Origin: Candidatus Nanoarchaeia archaeon
GTDB lineage: Archaea; Nanobdellota; Nanobdellia; Woesearchaeales; WJIZ01
Direction of reading: 5' to 3'
Assembly: GCA_028279765.1 (NCBI GenBank)
Contig: JANQND010000009.1
Coordinates: forward strand, 65,198-129,197
DNA: 64,000 bases
The number at the start of each line of letters is the position of its first letter. Within the stretch, counting starts at the first letter, position 1. A program made the translations under genes and the position numbers. Positions 10,248-18,974 of this stretch are shown piece after piece. The notes beneath the pieces are model-generated. The model did no database searches, was not told the origin of the DNA, and saw nothing but the letters and a program-made list of their open reading frames with translations.

Positions 10248-11087
10248 TTAAAAAGAGAAGTTGCCAGATAGAGTAATACCATACACCGGTTTTGACTCAA
10301 AATCTTCATTGATTCCGATTTGATACTCGCTAAAGAGTTTTAGGTCCAACTCTCCAAGTTTTGTATCTACACTGATTTCTGGGGAGATATGTGAGAGTCC
10401 ACTTGCACCATAAAAGTTTTCCAGGTATGCTCCCTTTGCACCGAGGTTAATGTCAACAGTATGGTTATCTTCTGAGGGAAATGATACGGTTTTATTGATA
10501 GAACCGTGAATCATGATTCCCTCGTCAGCATCACTCCCTGGTGCAATGTAGCTAATGCTGGTATCGACTTCAACCTGTCCGCTGTAATGAATCCCTCCTT
10601 CTAAAATATAATCCATGGAATCTTTTGCGCCGGATTGAGGGAACAACCAAATCTGCGGACCAATTCTTCCACTAAGTGTTCCACCTAACAAATCTTCTGA
10701 GATTTGTTGGGAATAGGTAGCACCAATATCAACTTCGGTTATCTTGTCCATGGGCAAGTTATAGTTCTGCCAAATAAAAGCACTGAGGTTATCCTGTGAA
10801 ACACCTGCATTTATCTGAACTACTTCACCCTCTTGTGGAAAAAAACCCGGTCTGGGGCTATATCTGTTTGCATATGTTGCATTTAGCGAAGCATCCAGAC
10901 TTAAATCTGTCTGGACAGTTTCCTTTTGGGTCTCCTCAATATTTATAGATTCTGTCAGATGATTCAACCCTTCAGGAAGTGCGTAATTTTCCTGATCAAT
11001 CAAATTAGGATCACCTATTCCTAACCCCAAAAAATCACTTGGTGCTGCTCTTGTTTCTAATCGTTCTAATGTTAATGTTGATTTCAT
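10248..11087 (-). CDS. Beta-barrel-like protein resembling TorF/TIGR02001 putative porins
   Basis: Amphipathic beta-strands, YANRY..RPG, W.NY, EVDIGATY, C-terminal YGITLSGNFSF. Confidence 0.55.
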   Translation of the reverse strand: MKSTLTLERLETRAAPSDFLGLGIGDPNLIDQENYALPEGLNHLTESINIEETQKETVQTDLSLDASLNATYANRYSPRPGFFPQEGEVVQINAGVSQDNLSAFIWQNYNLPMDKITEVDIGATYSQQISEDLLGGTLSGRIGPQIWLFPQSGAKDSMDYILEGGIHYSGQVEVDTSISYIAPGSDADEGIMIHGSINKTVSFPSEDNHTVDINLGAKGAYLENFYGASGLSHISPEISVDTKLGELDLKLFSEYQIGINEDFESKPVYGITLSGNFSF

Positions 11088-11088
11088 C

Positions 11089-11970
11089 TTATATTACCTT
11101 CTTGCTTGATGCATATCCCATTAATTTTTGAGCACTTTCATAGTGGTTTTCCAACATTTGGTTAACATTGGAAACATACTCTCTCAGTCGATCAATAGAT
11201 GGCATTTTAAGGACACAGGGTTCGTTTCCAACCATGCTTAATCCTTCTATGAACTTCATGGGTGCAATCCTAATATGGTCACCTTCATATGGAATTTGCT
11301 CTTTCGCATTTGGAATAATAGCCTCGGTATACCTCATGCGTCCAAAGGGTAATTCAATTCGCATTTCTCTACCATCACTTAGTAGAATTATACCATAATT
11401 TGATTTATGTGTTGCTCCCGGTTTATCAACCGCTATGCGTTTCACAGTTTCCCCATCTGGCAATCGAATGCTATACTCCGTCTTCCCTCCCGTTGAACTA
11501 AATCCATAGATTTCTGAACCTAATGGAACATCTAGGCCTGAAAGAAACCTATCTGCTGCACTAGTTCCTGATTGTTTAAATATGCCGTCAAAGATCACTC
11601 TACTCTTCAGTGGAAGATTATCAATTTCATCATTAGTTGGATTGATTAGTGGTGTAGATACGACTTCCTGAAAAATAGCATCGTACTGAAAGCAGTAGGA
11701 GTAGCGAGTATGTTTATCTGATTCTCCGGTCACCTCAATAATGGCTTCCAGTGGAAAGCCCTTATAGTCAGCAAGTTCGTCAATCCTATTCTCAAAGAAA
11801 AAGCTATCTGAAGATCTGGGTCCTTCATCAGCTCTAATAAATGAATAGTCATCTTCCTCATGATACATGCCTTTAATTCTTATTACATCTCCTTTTTCAA
11901 AATGCGGTTCTTTTCCTTTTAAAGATCTGAATTTTTCAATCCAATCTATGATTTCTTTTGTTTCACCCAT
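11089..11970 (-). CDS. Hypothetical protein
   Basis: 293-aa ORF with SD GAGGTGA; abuts next gene. Confidence 0.6.
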   Translation of the reverse strand: MGETKEIIDWIEKFRSLKGKEPHFEKGDVIRIKGMYHEEDDYSFIRADEGPRSSDSFFFENRIDELADYKGFPLEAIIEVTGESDKHTRYSYCFQYDAIFQEVVSTPLINPTNDEIDNLPLKSRVIFDGIFKQSGTSAADRFLSGLDVPLGSEIYGFSSTGGKTEYSIRLPDGETVKRIAVDKPGATHKSNYGIILLSDGREMRIELPFGRMRYTEAIIPNAKEQIPYEGDHIRIAPMKFIEGLSMVGNEPCVLKMPSIDRLREYVSNVNQMLENHYESAQKLMGYASSKKVI

Positions 11971-12030
11971 TTTTCTTCACCTCCTCTATAGCTCTCGCTA
12001 GTTAGTATCATTTATTTTGTATGCAAATTA

Positions 12031-12109
12031 TAACCACTTAAAAGTGGTTAAGATAATGCTTAGTAACTGCCAACCACTATTTAAACTATTGTGGTGGTAT
12101 TTACCACCA
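12031..12109. promoter_or_regulatory. Two palindromic candidate operators upstream of TrmB gene
   Basis: TAACCACTT-AA-AAGTGGTTA (12031-12050) and TGGTGGTA-TT-TACCACCA (12092-12109), next to TATA TTTATATA at ~12122. Confidence 0.55.
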
Positions 12110-12151
12110 AAATAAGCAAGTTTTATATACAAAACAACCAAAAAACCGAAT

Positions 12152-12892
12152 ATGCACGAAGAAACACTCAGAGAAATCGGCCTGAGCCCAAATGAAGCAA
12201 GAGTATACGAAGCTCTATTGCAAACAGGAGAAGCATCCGTACAATCGATTTCCATAAAATCCAAAGTGCATCGAAGAAACGTATACGATTCATTAAGCAA
12301 ATTAAACGAAAAAGGACTCGTATCAGAAGTCTTCATCAAGGGAGAAAAGCACTTTAAGGCAATGAATCCCAGAAGGCTGCTCGAATTAGTAAAAGAAAAG
12401 GAAGAAAAAGTTAACTTAGCTATTCCTCAGATGCAATCGTTATACGAAGCAGTTGAACAGCCAGAACAGGCATACTTTTACCGAGGAATAGAAGGAGTAA
12501 AAAACTATTTGCAGGATATATTAAAAACCAGAGAAACCGTCTATTTCATTGGAGCAAAAGCAATGTGGTTAGACCCGCGGTTAAAGCATTTCCTGCCAAG
12601 ATTCCAACGCGAAAGAAAAAAACTGGGCATAAAATTCAAGCATATCTTTGATGCAGAAGTAAAAGAAAAAAAACCAGAAATTTTGAAGTTTGTAGGAAAA
12701 CCCTACAAGTTTTTACCTAAAAAATACTCAAGTCCAACCATGGTAGATATTTTCGGAGACTATGTTGTTACATTTGTTGGCGTAAGTCCAGGACAATTAT
12801 ACGAGGAGCCTATTCAATTTGTCATGAAAAGCAAACAACTCGCAGACGGATATAGGAAATTCTTTCAGTTTATGTGGGACCATTGTGAATAG
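12152..12892 (+). CDS. TrmB-family transcriptional regulator
   Basis: LREIGLSPNEARVYEALL wHTH; YFYRGIEG; C-terminal effector domain ending FQFMW. Confidence 0.9.
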   Translation: MHEETLREIGLSPNEARVYEALLQTGEASVQSISIKSKVHRRNVYDSLSKLNEKGLVSEVFIKGEKHFKAMNPRRLLELVKEKEEKVNLAIPQMQSLYEAVEQPEQAYFYRGIEGVKNYLQDILKTRETVYFIGAKAMWLDPRLKHFLPRFQRERKKLGIKFKHIFDAEVKEKKPEILKFVGKPYKFLPKKYSSPTMVDIFGDYVVTFVGVSPGQLYEEPIQFVMKSKQLADGYRKFFQFMWDHCE

Positions 12893-14089
12893 CTATCGAA
12901 CACTATAATAATCCTCAAGCACAATCATATCCAGATCCTCGGTCTCAGAAATAAGATACAATCTACCCTCTCCAATCTCAACCACTTTCTGCGCAAATTC
13001 TTTGGCAGTCTTATCCAGGTTAATTCCAATCAAAGAAACCGTGATACCTGCAGCGTGAATCTTGGAGATCTCCTCGAAGGTTTCTTTCTGCGGATCCTTT
13101 CCTACGGTTGGCATCGCATCAGTAAGCAAAATCAAATGCTTGGTGAAATCTCCAGAGGGAAACACCTCTAATGATTTACGAAGCATAGCTTTGAAATTCG
13201 TCTGCTTGGAAGCCTTTATCCGGGTAATCTCTTTAAGCAGCAAAGAAAAATCATCCGTAGGTATGATCTCCTCCTTAATGTCTGTTCCAAACACGATTAG
13301 CCCAACCTTATCCTTGGATTCTATCGCTTTGTATGCAAGCGCAATGCCTGCTTTCTTGCTCATCTCAATTTTCCTGCCCTTCATGCTGCCAGAAGCATCA
13401 AGAGCATATACCACATATACCTGGCCCTTACTTTCTCGCTGCGACGTTTTCAGATCGGCCTCAGTAAGTGTTGAATGACCACGGCGAAGAGCTAATTTAA
13501 CGCTATCCTTGAGGGCAATATCACGATAACGATCCCCTCGCTTATACTTATGCGCCTCACCGCGCTCGCCGTAATGCGCCGCTTTCTTATGAATTTTCTC
13601 ACCAAAAACACCTTTCGGATTAATACGGTCCAGCTCTTCAATATACGTAACAAATCCTGCCAGCTTCAGCCCATCATCAGAAACAGCGTAATCGCGGGTA
13701 AGCAATTTCTCCTCTTTGAGCTCTTCGGTCTTCTCCATCAGCTTTTTCTTCAGCTCACGCTTAAACTCGGGGATGTTAATATTTTTCTTTATGTACTCCG
13801 GATTATAGCCAGACATCAATCGAATAAGTGTCTCGCCATAAATCTTCTTTGCCATCGAATAATTCTTCGTAATATTCTCAAACATAATATCCGGATTAAA
13901 AGAACTCATGCCCTGATTAATGGATTCTGCAATCAGTTTTCCATCGTCAGCTTTTTTTTCCTTCTGCTCAACCGAGCGCAACAACTTATCTTCTATATCA
14001 TCCTGTGAGAGGCTGCCATCCACTTCCTTGATTTCATCTATCTCATCAATTTCAACGTCGTGGTCACTACCCCTCATCATCTCTTTCAT
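12893..14089 (-). CDS. von Willebrand A domain protein (ChlD-like)
   Basis: MIDAS DASGSM, LLTDAMPT. Confidence 0.85.
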   Translation of the reverse strand: MKEMMRGSDHDVEIDEIDEIKEVDGSLSQDDIEDKLLRSVEQKEKKADDGKLIAESINQGMSSFNPDIMFENITKNYSMAKKIYGETLIRLMSGYNPEYIKKNINIPEFKRELKKKLMEKTEELKEEKLLTRDYAVSDDGLKLAGFVTYIEELDRINPKGVFGEKIHKKAAHYGERGEAHKYKRGDRYRDIALKDSVKLALRRGHSTLTEADLKTSQRESKGQVYVVYALDASGSMKGRKIEMSKKAGIALAYKAIESKDKVGLIVFGTDIKEEIIPTDDFSLLLKEITRIKASKQTNFKAMLRKSLEVFPSGDFTKHLILLTDAMPTVGKDPQKETFEEISKIHAAGITVSLIGINLDKTAKEFAQKVVEIGEGRLYLISETEDLDMIVLEDYYSVR

Positions 14090-14987
14090 TCAGCAATTCA
14101 TCCAAGTCTAGCTGCTTGAACTGCTTCTCTATATATTCCACAGGGCTCTGTGTGTATTTCAGTGAAGGTTTTAATTTAATACGATGACTGAGAACTGAAA
14201 CGATAGCGCTTTTCACATCTTCTGCACTCACTGTATTACGTCCATCCAAAAGAGCATTCGCCTGGGAGCGCTCATATAACCCCAGCGTTGCACGAACAGA
14301 CGGTTTCTTTTCAATATCCTTGCTCTCGCGAAGTTTCCGAACAAAAGTAACCATTACCCGAAGTGCCCCAGCAGGAACATCGCACAGCTTTTTTCCCTTC
14401 AGGCTAACGATTTCTTCTTCAATGCGCTGTTTATCAGGATAATCCATATAGATTACATCAAATCGATCCAGCAGCACATCACTGAGCTTCTCTGTAGAAC
14501 TGTCCTCAGGATTCATCGTTCCAATAAAAATAAAATCAAGATCAAAATCAACGTCGTATGATCCGATGGTGGTCTTCCTCTCTTCAAGAACCTGAAGAAG
14601 TGCGTTTTGTAATTTCTCAGGGCACCGATTCAGTTCATCAAAGAACAGGATACCCTTATCTGCCTTGAATATCTTTCCTTTTTGAAACGCCTCCAGAGAC
14701 AGGGGGCCGAATTTCAATGCCTTGATAGGGTCAATATCACCGAGGATGTCCTCAACAGTCAGATCCGGGCTTCCTTGGATACGAACTACTTGCTTTGCTC
14801 CAATATCCAGTGATGCAAGATTTTTCACTAGGGTAGTCTTACCAATACCAGGAGGGCCAACGATAATAATATTCCTTCGCGCAAGAAGGGCAGATTTCAG
14901 CTCCCTCTTAACCATTTCCTGTCCCAGAATATCATTAAAAGGATCCTTATTCGAAAGAAGTACTTTTTGTAATTTTTCAGCTGTCAT
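14067..14987 (-). CDS. MoxR/ChlI-like AAA+ ATPase
   Basis: Walker A GPPGIGKT, Walker B FFDELNR, LLDRF. Confidence 0.9.
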   Translation of the reverse strand: MTAEKLQKVLLSNKDPFNDILGQEMVKRELKSALLARRNIIIVGPPGIGKTTLVKNLASLDIGAKQVVRIQGSPDLTVEDILGDIDPIKALKFGPLSLEAFQKGKIFKADKGILFFDELNRCPEKLQNALLQVLEERKTTIGSYDVDFDLDFIFIGTMNPEDSSTEKLSDVLLDRFDVIYMDYPDKQRIEEEIVSLKGKKLCDVPAGALRVMVTFVRKLRESKDIEKKPSVRATLGLYERSQANALLDGRNTVSAEDVKSAIVSVLSHRIKLKPSLKYTQSPVEYIEKQFKQLDLDELLNERDDEG

Positions 14988-15026
14988 AGAATTTTGCGAG
15001 AAGGCAGGGTGGTATATAAACTTATC

Positions 15027-15623
15027 TTATAGGCCAAATATCCTCATCAACCAGATAACCGCACCAGCACTTAACGGAACAACCAGATTATCATCAAGCT
15101 TCTCAAGGCCAATGCGAAGGTCTATCCCCTCAACAATAAGGGCGACAGTGGAAGCAATGAGTGCTTCATACCAGGAAACAAAGATGCTTGCCGCAAGAAA
15201 TGAAATGAAAATTCCTGCAAATGTTCCCTCTAAAAACTTTTTTCTGGAGAAAGGGTGCCTGATCTTTCGAAAATCCATCCCAACGAAATTAGGGATGCTA
15301 TCACCAAACGCTAAAATAAGAATGCAGGCAAGGGCAACTTCCTTCTCAAAGAACAGCAAGCTAAACTCACAACCAAGCAGATAAAACAAGGATCCTTTGC
15401 CCGGAAAGCTCTTTCGTACTCCCGGCCGCTCAAGCTTTTCCAGGATCCATTCAGCAGGGGGAATATGAATTTTCTTGGAGAGCCAAAAGAACAAAAAGGC
15501 AATAATGGAAAAAGCCCCAAGTGAGTAGATATTTAAAAAATCATAATAGATCAGAAAAACGAGTGCTACGCCAAAGAACAAATGAAATAACTTCCGTTTG
15601 ATCTCCAGGCTTCTGTTGCTCAT
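15027..15623 (-). CDS. Dolichol/phytol kinase family membrane protein
   Basis: RKLFH, LAFGDS, KFLEGTFAG, DDNLVVP. Confidence 0.85.
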   Translation of the reverse strand: MSNRSLEIKRKLFHLFFGVALVFLIYYDFLNIYSLGAFSIIAFLFFWLSKKIHIPPAEWILEKLERPGVRKSFPGKGSLFYLLGCEFSLLFFEKEVALACILILAFGDSIPNFVGMDFRKIRHPFSRKKFLEGTFAGIFISFLAASIFVSWYEALIASTVALIVEGIDLRIGLEKLDDNLVVPLSAGAVIWLMRIFGL

Positions 15624-16492
15624 CGTGCTATCCTCTTCACTATCATTACCAGGCCGATTCCTATCACAAAAAACATGAGCAGGCCCCCTATATGCATTAA
15701 CCCCTCTGTATTGGATTGAAGATAAATCCTTTTAAGAGGAATGCTCAAGCACCCGACAACCAGCCCAAGCAACACATACAGGGTCCTGTTTTTATGCTTA
15801 TCAAACAGATAACTAACAATACGGGAAATACTAAACGCACCTAATCCTGCTCCAATCAGAAAGACAAAAAAATAAGTCAGCTTATCTGTAATATGATGCA
15901 GCACATCTAACATAAATTCGTAAATCCCTAAAATCAACAAAATAAATGATCCCGAAATGCCCGGAAGAAACATGGCGCTGATAGCTAAGAACCCTCCTGC
16001 AAAGAGGTACCATAAACTTGGCTGAACCTGGGATGGTATGATAAAGGCAAGCCCGATCCCAAAAAGAAATCCTCCAAGTCCGAAAAGCTGCTCCTTAAGT
16101 GCATGATTCTCAATATGGTCATAAATAATCTTTGAAGAGGCAACAATTAATCCGACAAAAAACGACATAGTAAAAGCAAAATACTGCTCAATCAAGAACT
16201 CCATCACTCTGGACCCTAATAATAACGCACTTCCGATCCCTGCACCAAGGGTAATGAGAAAAATGATATCTATTTTCTGAAAGCTCCTGCGAAATGCAGA
16301 GATTGTTTTCTTATTAGCATTAAAGGCCATAGAAAAAAAATCCCGAAGCAATACAAAAGAAAACCCTTTCACAGCACGTATCAATCGCTCATAAATACCG
16401 GTGATAAACGCAATAGTTCCCCCGGAAATTCCGGGAACTAAATCACAGATCCCCATGAGAACTCCTTTCAAAAAAAGCAGCACATAATTCAC
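15620..16492 (-). CDS. DUF368 polyprenyl-phosphate transporter family
   Basis: Duplicated PGISG motifs (VPGISGGTIAFITGIYERLI; LPGISGSFILLILGIY). Confidence 0.9.
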   Translation of the reverse strand: MNYVLLFLKGVLMGICDLVPGISGGTIAFITGIYERLIRAVKGFSFVLLRDFFSMAFNANKKTISAFRRSFQKIDIIFLITLGAGIGSALLLGSRVMEFLIEQYFAFTMSFFVGLIVASSKIIYDHIENHALKEQLFGLGGFLFGIGLAFIIPSQVQPSLWYLFAGGFLAISAMFLPGISGSFILLILGIYEFMLDVLHHITDKLTYFFVFLIGAGLGAFSISRIVSYLFDKHKNRTLYVLLGLVVGCLSIPLKRIYLQSNTEGLMHIGGLLMFFVIGIGLVMIVKRIAR

Positions 16493-17526
16493 TTTACAAT
16501 ACCCTTGAGGTCTTTTTTAGTTTTCTTGACCTTCGGCCAGACCAATGTCCCGGGGCGAATCGTCACATCCTTTAAGGTACAATTATCCCCAATTGCCGCA
16601 CCGAAGTTTTCAATAGTGATAGTCTTTCCATTTAATTCAACATCAACATTTCCTGTGGTCTGTATGGTACCGGAAAAAGTAACATTATCCCCAATAACAG
16701 AATCTTCAATCAAAGACCCAGCCAGGATAGTGACATTATCCCCAATAACGCAATTCTTTACGTCCCCTTCTATCACACAGTTCTTCCCTATAGAGCAATT
16801 CACCACTTTTCCTTTGATCGAACTATTCTGGCCAATAGCAGCATCCTGATCCCGGATAACCTGATCTGCATCAAGAAGGTTCCAGACATATCCCACAGGA
16901 AGCCACATCATTGCCTCAACACAGAAAATATCATTCTTCTTTGCAAGCTCAGAGAGGGCATCAGTTAATTCCAACTCTCCACGAGGAGACTTCTTAATCT
17001 TTTTCAAGCTCTCAAAAATCTTCTCAGTAAACACATAAAATGCAGCATTGGCAAGATCTGACACGAACTCCTGCGGTTTCTCCACAAGATCAAACACTTT
17101 ATCTCCTTTCTTGGTAAATACACCAAAATTCCCATAATCTTCGACACGCTTTGCCAGCACTGCAAGATCGTAACGCAGGCATTTACGAATATCGCCCCTG
17201 AAGTACAAATCATCGGCCATCATTACGATGAAACGCTCGTCTTTAATGAACTTCTCTGCTTGCTGTACTGCATGACCGGTCCCCAACTGCTGCTTTTGCT
17301 CCACGTACTTAATTTTGATGCGCTGAAAAGAATTTCCCAGGTGTTTTTTAATCATGGATCCCTTGTAGCCTATTACAATAATTACCTCATCAACTAAATC
17401 CACCAATTGCGTCAAGTTATGCTCAATAAGTGTTATATTTGAAACCTTTAGAAGGGGCTTTGGCTTTGTAAGCGTTAAAGGGTACGTTCTGGTACTCTTT
17501 CCCGCTGCTAAGATGACTGCTTTCAT
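16489..17526 (-). CDS. Sugar-phosphate nucleotidyltransferase with hexapeptide repeats (archaeal GlmU-like)
   Basis: ILAAGKSTR..PLT..KPKPLL, GTGHA, EKP, RGELELTD; LbH C-terminus. Confidence 0.88.
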   Translation of the reverse strand: MKAVILAAGKSTRTYPLTLTKPKPLLKVSNITLIEHNLTQLVDLVDEVIIVIGYKGSMIKKHLGNSFQRIKIKYVEQKQQLGTGHAVQQAEKFIKDERFIVMMADDLYFRGDIRKCLRYDLAVLAKRVEDYGNFGVFTKKGDKVFDLVEKPQEFVSDLANAAFYVFTEKIFESLKKIKKSPRGELELTDALSELAKKNDIFCVEAMMWLPVGYVWNLLDADQVIRDQDAAIGQNSSIKGKVVNCSIGKNCVIEGDVKNCVIGDNVTILAGSLIEDSVIGDNVTFSGTIQTTGNVDVELNGKTITIENFGAAIGDNCTLKDVTIRPGTLVWPKVKKTKKDLKGIVK

Positions 17527-17544
17527 TTTTTTGCCTTAACCTTA

Positions 17545-18786
17545 TTACTTTATTTTCTCTATGGATATTTTTTTTGCGCGCTCTTTAATATAGTTATCCC
17601 TTGCAAGAGATGCAAACAGCGCGTCAGGAGTCCTGTAGGCTCTTTTCTCCCTCGCATAAAGAATTTCTTTTTTCTCAAAGACATCCTTATGCTTTTTCCT
17701 GAAATCATCAGCAAAAGACTTTCGTTTGGCAGGCGGACCGCTAACAACTCTTTCTTCATCCAGCTCTTTACCATCTACCGTAAAGTATAGCAACGCATCA
17801 TCTATCCACTCCCACTGAGCATCAATCACATCGAACTCATATTCCTGCAGCCTCTGAAGTATGTGGTGATAACATTTTACCAGTTTACACCCGATAATAT
17901 CTCCCTTGCCTGCAAGCGGGGTTAATCGAACCATGAACAAATGATTGTTTTTCGCTTTTTTTGTAAGCTCTTTCACATCAATAGGCCTATCATCAAAAAA
18001 ATCTTCCGAGGGCTTCTTAACAAATGCTTTGGCATAAGAAACAATCGCTGCAAACTTCTCCTCACTTACTGCAGCAGCAGCATTTCTGCTCTCCTGAATC
18101 GGATCAATCACAATAAGGGGGCCGGTAGATTTTGCCTTATTCAACTCAAAGAGCACATTCTTCCCCTTATAGAATTGCTCAGTATCAATAACCACTTTGG
18201 GTTTCCACTTTGCAACCGCGCTCACCAATTCAGAAAAACCCTTGTAATGAATCGTAAGTACCTCACAGATATACCCTGAAAACCCGGCAATGTACGATTC
18301 AGCACCATACACTTTCGCTGCCTTGAAAAACTGTTTAGTGAGCCGAATTTCGTCTGCATACTGTTTGTGCTTTTTCACCCATTGCGCATGCAGTGGAGAA
18401 GCATCGGTAATATTAAACGCCTTGTCTGCTTTGCTGATCTTAATGATCGGCACGATCTCAAACGTATATCCTTCGTGCGTTGTCTGAAAATAATCTCGCG
18501 ATCCATGCAGGCGCTCAACAGTAAATAATTTCTGAAGTTTTTTTTCCAAAATATCAGAAATATTTTTCTCTTTATACTCCGCAGCAGGAAACTGCACAAA
18601 AATATCAAAATCATGCGCTTCCCGAAGCCAGGTGCCTTTCTGGCCTGAGCCGCCAAGAATCACCTTGCATTGCGGAAGAGATTTTTGGATCTTCTCGATA
18701 AATCCTTTCGTCTTGCCGACGATTTCCTTCTCTTCTTGGGCAGACGGCTTAATACGCGCAAGAACCTCATCAAGCAATGATTTCAT
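17545..18786 (-). CDS. cca: Archaeal CCA-adding enzyme
   Basis: GGS..KGTWL...HDFDIF, YGAESYIAGFSGY.CE, DP....RNAAAA. Confidence 0.95.
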   Translation of the reverse strand: MKSLLDEVLARIKPSAQEEKEIVGKTKGFIEKIQKSLPQCKVILGGSGQKGTWLREAHDFDIFVQFPAAEYKEKNISDILEKKLQKLFTVERLHGSRDYFQTTHEGYTFEIVPIIKISKADKAFNITDASPLHAQWVKKHKQYADEIRLTKQFFKAAKVYGAESYIAGFSGYICEVLTIHYKGFSELVSAVAKWKPKVVIDTEQFYKGKNVLFELNKAKSTGPLIVIDPIQESRNAAAAVSEEKFAAIVSYAKAFVKKPSEDFFDDRPIDVKELTKKAKNNHLFMVRLTPLAGKGDIIGCKLVKCYHHILQRLQEYEFDVIDAQWEWIDDALLYFTVDGKELDEERVVSGPPAKRKSFADDFRKKHKDVFEKKEILYAREKRAYRTPDALFASLARDNYIKERAKKISIEKIK

Positions 18787-18859
18787 AACTTAGATAGGCG
18801 CTAATTCGTTTAAAAACTTTTGTATGGAGGAATTAGTACAGCAGGGGTCTTTCTAGTAA

Positions 18860-18947
18860 GCAACAACAATGGCGCTGGCAAGCTTAGTCTCTAAGCTTGA
18901 GATTTTGCTTTAGCAAAATCGGTCAGCCTGCCATTATTGTTGTTGTT
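18860..18947. repeat. Structured dispersed intergenic element, copy 1
   Basis: Outer stem plus two hairpins; homologous to 63802-63889. Confidence 0.85.
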
Positions 18948-18974
18948 ATCATCATAAACAGGTTAACAAATTAC

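Noticed and set aside
12893-14987. MoxR-VWA pair as a novel system
   Set aside because: Widespread known pairing with no unusual partner here
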